From contig CP068257.2 in NCBI GenBank assembly GCA_009914755.4, positions 32,864,001-32,928,000 of the forward strand: a DNA stretch of 64,000 nucleotides, given 5' to 3'. A program made the position numbers and the translations under genes. The DNA is from the human T2T-CHM13v2.0 reference genome, Homo sapiens. A model generated the notes under the pieces. The model was not told the DNA's origin, ran no database searches, and saw only the letters and a program-made list of their open reading frames with translations. This document shows positions 56,417-64,000 of the stretch, in pieces (position 1 is the first letter of the stretch; every line of letters starts with the position of its first letter).

Positions 56417-59270
56417 ATTTTTTCATCTGGCCCATGTATGGGCACATCACATTCCTATGGGTGACTCCCTGGGCATCTGTGAAATGTTGTCTCCCACTCC
56501 TGAAATTATGCTGTAAATGCCAGGGAATGGTGGTGACATGGTTATAGCGACGATCTTGATTCTGCTCAAACATAAACCACAGTTGGTTTCTTTAGCAATT
56601 ATTAAGAAATGATTGGGCCATGTCAGAGGAAGACAGAGGAAGAATCTGAACTGTAATTCACTTACAGATTTCTACAGAATTAGATCATGATTCATGGAGG
56701 CAAAAAAAGTTTTGTCAGGAATGGCATTCGAAGACACAGAAAAACAATTTGAAAGGAGCCTGAGGTCCAGGTGTTTTCAGAGTGTGGTCTTTAAGATAGT
56801 TTCTTAAAAGATCATTCGGAGAAGAGAGCATTTTAAACTGCTCTTGTACAAATCTATGGTACATTTTATTCCTTATGTTGAAAATGATGGGAAGATTGTG
56901 CCTGTTTCATCCATTTAAGAAACCCTCCCTGTTGGTCCAAGCCACCGTGGGCTCCTCCATCCTGAGGGAGGACACAGCGGCTCTACTGTCCTCTGTAGAG
57001 GTGAAATTATGTGGCACATACTGTGATCAACCACAGCTACCTGCCAACTCCCCAGCCAATTCCCCACCCACTCCCCGCCATGGGTACTGGCCGCTTCCAG
57101 ACTCTAAGACAGAGGTTCTTGCGCAGGGGAGGTTATTAGGACGAGTGGTGGGGAGGGGAAAGGAAACTGGGCAGAGGGAGAGTGAAGCTACCAAGTGGTC
57201 CTAGTGGAAGCCTAGCCGACTCTACAGGGAGCTTTGAGGATGAGACGACCCTTATCGGAGCAGGAGGACCAGGCCTTGATACCCCCACGTTGGTCAGTTC
57301 TGGGAAGGGGCTACCCTGAGAAGGGGGTGGAACTTGGGCAAGGTGGCTTTGCTCTGCCCCAACAGGGCTGACTGTCAAGGGAGGCTGGGAGACAAATTCT
57401 GTTTTTCTGAAGTGACCTGGGGTGTGTCACTGTGACCAGTGCACCGACCAGCTAACCGACCAACCCGCAAGGCCCAAGCTCAAGGAATTAGAAGGCTCCA
57501 GACTTGCACCCTAAGTTAATCATCTGAAGTCTCAGAAATGTGACAGCCTTTAAACTGAACACCACAAAAATGCTGCTTATTCCACTCCAAATCATTAGCT
57601 CATCATCCATGTAAGGAGCTTCAAGAAGAATATCGGTAAGATTAGCGGTAAATTCAAACAGTTTAAACTTTCAGTATAAACCGCATCAACTCAAATCCCG
57701 AATACTGACTCAACAATTTCACTCCTAGGAATTTATTCTAAAGAAATCCTCATGGCTGTGGGCAAACATTAGATGCAAATATGTTCCTGCAAGGCAAATA
57801 AAATATGCAAAAATATAGTTTTATGTAAATAAAATACATCAAGATCCGTGATCAGATAATATACATACTAAATTCATTCAGTAGACTATAGAGCCACTCA
57901 CAGTAAGGTGGTGAAAACTAATGACATGAAAAGATGTTCAAGACTTGCTGTTAGGAGAAAAAAACAGGTTACAAAGCAATGTTTATTGTTCTCATTTTGG
58001 TGAAAAGAAAGAATATGTGTGATAGTATTAGAAGACTCCTGTGTTTTTCTTCTTGATTATTTGGATTTGGATTATTTAGATTCTAGCATGAATTTCCACA
58101 ATGAACACTTATTACTTTTATAATAACAAAAAAGCTTCTCCTTTCCCCTTCCCTCACTAGATGCTATATATCAATGGTCAAGGTAACCGTGGTTAACAGA
58201 CACAATATGTAAGGGTAAAGGTTAGTTGGAGAGAAAATCGACTTTCCCTGTTTTTGTGTAGTGGTTTGGTATCACGGCTTTTAATATTTGCTCTGTATCT
58301 GTTATGCACAATCTCTAAACCTGCTCATTTTAACCCATTAACATTTTGGAGTGCTAGTTATTGAAAGAATCCTATTTCATACCTAGAAACAGGGATTTCA
58401 CCAGAAAATACTGATTTTGTCTTTCTTTGATTACCTCTCCTGCCTGCCATCTTTATCTGGTGAAATTCTCATTTAATCAGTAGTGTTGGCTGAGCCATTC
58501 TCACTGGAGTCAGGGCTGTCTGAGTGCCAGGGGACACTCATCTGAATTGTTTCTTGTCACTGCCATGTCCCTACATCTATTCCTTGCTCACCTGCATTAT
58601 TTTCCCCATTCTTCTTGCAGTCCCAGAATCACATCCAAGCCCCTTTTCTTTCTCCCTGGATGACCCCTTCCTCTGAATCTCCTTTCTAACAAGACTGGAA
58701 GGTTACGTAATAAACTTCTCCCCATTACAGCATTAATGATGACAGTTGTTTAATATATAAGGCCTTCCCAGAGAATTTGTATTTAATCAGCAAATTCTGG
58801 AGATCAGTCTGCATCTCAAAGGAATGCATTGCTAAGGGGAAAATTCCAGGCAGTAAGTCAGTTACAGGGGAAAATTCTCTGCACAGGTGGGCTCTTCCGG
58901 GGCTGGGTGCTGCCTACGTATTGTTCAAGCACCTACACTGAGCAGATTCTTGCATGGACTGACTGGGATTAAGGGCAGACTTCCAAGAAATCACTCATGT
59001 CTCCATTCATTCAACCACCATTTGTTAAAGATCTCCCACGTGACTTCTCGAACTCCTTGGCTGGGTAAAATTAGCCCTAGTTCTTAGTATTTACCACACT
59101 TTAATTGATTTCCTTCACCGAACTAAGGGTAGACCAAGCCAGAGACCCTGGAACCCTTAAAACCCTTCATAAACATTTGTTGAACAAATGCATGCAGCCA
59201 AGTAACTGACTCTTCCTTAGAGATACAAAGATGAGGAAGGTATGGTTATTCCTTCAAAAAGCTCACAGTG

Positions 59271-59591
<321 letters not shown>

Positions 59592-60216
59592 CTAAGCCAT
59601 GACCAGGTGCTCAGTAGTCTACTAGGGCCTCCAAAAGCCTCAGTTTCTGTCCCTACAGGGGCTTAAGATGGAAGCTTGAGTGATGAGACTGTAGCTCCAG
59701 TGATAATATAAATGATCTCTCTTGTGTGTCACAGACACTCAGAGCTCAGGATACTAGAAGTGGAGCGTAGCAATCAGAAAAGTCTAGCTAGGTATATAAG
59801 AATCCCATCTCAACCTCCAATTGGTCCAGTTACAAAAAGTCCTACAGATGAAGGACTTGAGAATAGGGTTAGGCTTTAAATAAGTGGGAAAAAGATATAC
59901 CTCTGCATTTCCTCATTACTACCTAAAAAGAAAAGGTATAAGGAAAGCTTTCCCCAATCAACCTACACAAGAATCTGCTCAGTGTAGGTGCTTATACTAG
60001 TTAGTTAACGTTCCACTATCATCCACTGTCATGTGGCATCAAATAAGCAGGTGCTTTTATTAAAGGACATATATACTTTACTCATTTTGAACAAATTTGA
60101 TGGCTTGTATTTTTTTGCATGGCATTGGGTTAGTGCTAATATCTATTAACGGATGTCCTGGATTTCTTAGGAAATCCTACCTTTGCATATTTCATTTTAA
60201 AAATAAATGCTATTCA

Positions 60217-60703
<487 letters not shown>

Positions 60704-61474
60704 CTATGATAAAGACAATTCTGGAAGAACAAATTCTCTGAAGATGGCTGCAACACTGTCTCCTACTCCACATGCTCTCCTACAGCCTTGCCATTCCTGT
60801 TGGGAGAAGGAATGTATGTCCCCTGCCCTTGAATGTGGAGGACCTTTGTGAGTGCCTCAAGTGACACTATATGGTGGAAAAGACACCAAGTTTAGGTCAT
60901 AAAAAGCCATGCCCTTCTGCCTTGTTCTCTCGGGGCACTTCCTCTTGGAACCCAGTTGCCCACCATGCTGTCAGGAAGCCCAAGCAACCCATGAAGAGGC
61001 CCATACAGAGATGAACTGAGGCTGCTGGCCCAGAGCTCTGGCTGAGCTCCTCACTGGCAGCTGGTATTTTTGCCAGCTATATAAGTGTGACAACTTGGGA
61101 GTGGACCCTCCAGTCGCCAGCCAAGGAAACCCAGAGGATGATGCATGGAGGAGAGAAGAATCATCTCTGTGCAAACTGCAGATTCACAAGCAAAACAGAT
61201 GACTATTGTTATTTACAGCCATTACGTTTTGGGTGGCTTGCTGTGCAGCAATAGTAACTGGAACAACATTTCTGCGATGGGCAGAAGTGGCAAGGATTGT
61301 AACTCATTAGACTCAGAAGGCGAGGTCACCTGAGTAAGCAGTGTCCTTAGTGGAACAGTGGGTGTAAGAGGAAGGAGAGATGGGTGGGTGTGGGGCTTCT
61401 TGCCATCTACATATGTAGGGTCTGCCTTTTACTTGCACATCTGTGAGAGGTGTACAACAGAGTTGTAGAAGTAT

Positions 61475-61700
61475 GGACTCTGGAGCCAGGCCACCTGGGT
61501 CTGAACCTGGTGTTCCATTTCTTAGCTGTGTGACCTTGGGCAAGGTTCTCAAGTCCCATGTGCTTCAGGTTCTTCATCTGTAAAGAGGATAATCACAGGA
61601 CCTACCTCATGTGGTGGTGGTGGCACAAATTGACCTAATGCCTACATTGAGGCTTGGTGCATAGGAAGTTTCTATGAAAGCGTTCACTGTTATGATCCAC
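61475..61700 (+). mobile_element. MIR SINE (sense)
   Basis: ccacctgggtctgaacctggtgttccatttcttagctgtgtgaccttgggcaaggttctcaagtcccatgtgcttcaggttcttcatctgtaaagaggataatcacaggacctacctcatgtggtggtggtggcacaaattgacctaatgcctacattgaggc versus the MIR consensus ...tagctgtgtgaccttgggcaagttacttaacctctctgtgcctcagtttcctcatctgtaaaatggggataataatagtacctacctcatagggttgttgtgaggattaaatgag. Confidence 0.85.
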
Positions 61701-63199
61701 ATAGGTGTGGGCCTCAGACTATGAGCTGGGCTGAATGACAGCCCCTCCCTAGTCCCTGGAGCTTGTAAATATGTTGCCATACATGGAAGAAGGGACTCTG
61801 CAGGTGTGGCTAAGCTAAGGATCTTGAGACTAGGAGATGATGGATTACCAGGGTGGGCCCAGTGTAGTCAAGGTGTCTTTATAAGCAGGATATGGCAGGG
61901 TTGGAGTCGGAGATGGAGACAGGATGATGGAAGCAGAGATTTGAGTGATATGGGGCCATGAGCCAAGGAATGTGGGAGTCTTTGGAACCCGGGAAAAGGC
62001 AACGAAACGGATTTTGCCCTAGAAGTAACGCAGCCAGGCTGACACCTGATTTTAGCCCATCGAGACTGATTTTGGAGTTCGATCTCCAGAACTGTACAGT
62101 CATAAATCTGTGCTGTTTTCAGCCACTAAAATTGTTTGGTAATCTGTTACATCAGCAACAGGAAGCAAATACAAATTTAAGACTGGAGAAAGGTAGCTTT
62201 ATAGAACATCCAGCAGCTAGAATGTTCAAAGGAAGTTGGGCTTTGGAATCAATAAACTGCTGTCCCTTTATTTCTTCTTCTCCTGACTTAGGCTTCGAGG
62301 GATGACATTTTCTTTTTAATCCTAGCATGTGAAGTGGCCAAAGCTCAGGCTTGGGTGTCAGATGGGCCTGGGCAGGAACCCTGGCTGCAGTCCTTACTTG
62401 CTGGGGGTCCTCAGTCAACTGGTGGTGCTGGCCAAGATGACCACAGTGGCACTGACAGCCAGAGTCAGTTGCCTGCTAGCCATTCGGAGTGGTCAGTGCC
62501 CACGAGGTACCAGTTACTATGTGCTATGAATATTATCTCTAGACTGAATCCTATGAACTTCAGTTTCCTCATTTGCAATTTGGGAACAATCTAAGTCAAA
62601 GGTTGTTGTAGAATGTGCATAGGTAGGTGCTTCTCAGACTGTGGCTGCCACAGCAGCAGTAGCTGCCTTACTTGGCAACTTGCCAGAATTCTTGCCCTAC
62701 CTATTGTGGTAGGCTGAATTCTCAAATGGCCCCCTGGTGGACAAGCTTTGCATGATCCCGGGACTCTGTGATGGATTCTGTTTCCACAGTTAGGTTATAT
62801 TACCCTGGGAGATTATGTGGGGTGAACACTTAAAAGGGACCGGGTTCTTTCTGAAGTCGGAGAAAGGATGGGAGAGACATTCTCTGTTGCTGATTCTGAA
62901 GATGGAGGGGGCCATGTGGCAAGGACTGAGAGTGGCCTCAAGGAGCTAGAGTGGCCACGGGGATCTGAATGTGCTTAGAAGCAGATTCTCCGCAAGAGTC
63001 TCCAGACAGGAACGCAGCCCAGGAGAGAACCGGTTCCAGCCTTGTTAACCTTGAGCAGAGAACCCTGTTGTGCACATGGTGATTTCTGACCTACAGACCT
63101 GTCAACTAAGAAATGGGCATTGGAAGCCACTAGATTTGTAGTAATTTGTCACACAGCAATAGAAAACTAATATATATTTACTGAATCAGAAACTCTGCT

Positions 63200-63262
63200 G
63201 GTTTTTGTTTGTTTGTTTGAGACAGGGTCTCACTGTGTCACCCAGGCTGGTCTCAACGAGCC
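63200..63262 (-). mobile_element. Short Alu fragment (antisense, 5'-end piece only)
   Basis: tttttgtttgtttgtttgagacagggtctcactgtgtcacccaggctggtctcaacgagcc. Confidence 0.6.
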
Positions 63263-64000
63263 TTTGCTGAATCTCTTCCTTGTCAGAGGAGACTGCTGGT
63301 CCCCAAGATAGAAAGTAAAGGAGACCCAGCCCTGCTGTCAGGAAGCACCCGCCTCGGGTTGGAGTAAAAGTCACACATGGGACAAGGCTGTAAGTCTCAG
63401 CAAACAGCAGTGCGAGGGACGCACGTGGAAGAGGGGTAGTGAGGGCACCTTGTGGGCAGGAGAGCCTTTTAAAGACTGTATGATGTGAACTCCAAGATCT
63501 ATCCTTGAAGGCCAGGGAGTGGTTGAAAGATGGAGCCCTCTGATTTGTGACTTCACTTCTGCAAAGCCTACTGTGTCATTTACTCCTCACCATCAGTGGA
63601 GCGAGAGCCTCTGGGACCACGTCTCCCGAGTCCCATGCCTGCCATCATGGTGTGGGCTGGACCAGCCTTCTTAGTGGGATATGTTCCCCATAGAAAGTAA
63701 ACCAAGAGGCAAAAGCAAAGCAAAGCTACGAAAGCAGGCTCAGTGCCCCCGCCCCTTGTTTCAGTGTCACCTCAAGTTTGCTTCTTGCTCTCAGAGGGAG
63801 ATCACAGCATTGCACAACGGGCAGTGTTGACTATTTGCTGGCCCTTGTCACCCACCCTTCCAAAACTCGGGCAGAGGACAATCTGAACACCAGTGTGACA
63901 GTTTCTAACAAAAGGCTTTGCTAGTACAGTGCCTGAGTGTGGGTGTCCACTGAAAACTAATTTCAGCCCTGACTAAGAAAGGCATCTCAGAAATGAGGAA

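Overview
This window is human (primate) genomic DNA, not a prokaryotic or novel-system locus. It carries the typical primate repeat load: at least 18 Alu elements (many with clear target-site duplications, TSDs), a near full-length but inactive L1 on the minus strand with a nested Alu, several L1 3' fragments, MaLR/THE1-type solo LTRs, MIRs and microsatellites. The only protein-coding content I can support is the 3' half of RCAN1 on the minus strand. RCAN1 (DSCR1/calcipressin-1) lies at chr21q22.12. Exon 4, the RCAN1.4 first exon, encodes MHFRNFNYSFSSLIACVANSDIFSESETR. Exon 5 encodes [58 protein letters not shown]. Exon 6 encodes TLHIGSS...AISKLGPG. Exon 7 encodes [10 protein letters not shown]...[11 protein letters not shown] and is followed by a 3'UTR of about 1.6 kb. 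All splice junctions are canonical GT-AG and phase-consistent. Immediately upstream of exon 4 is a TATA-type promoter packed with GGAAA/TTTCC (NFAT) cores plus an AP-1 site (TGAGTCA) and a perfect CRE (TGACGTCA). This matches the known calcineurin/NFAT-inducible internal promoter. The sequence below coordinate ~35,000 is downstream of RCAN1. From memory of the locus it should correspond to KCNE1 upstream introns and non-coding exons, which I cannot recognise from sequence. Every long ORF in the six-frame track apart from the RCAN1 exons is a chance ORF, a repeat-derived ORF, or an antisense mirror of RCAN1 exon 7. The most unusual items are listed here. (1) An imperfect inverted repeat of about 285 bp with a ~1 kb spacer sits just 3' of the RCAN1 polyA site. 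(2) An L1-3'-tail/Alu composite is bounded by a single 14-bp TSD. (3) A CpG-enriched patch lies in RCAN1 intron 4. (4) There are two young AluY copies and an Alu with a (CTTT)n tail. I find no evidence of an undescribed biological system. Exon coordinates may be off by +/-1 nt where I could not anchor them to the ORF track.
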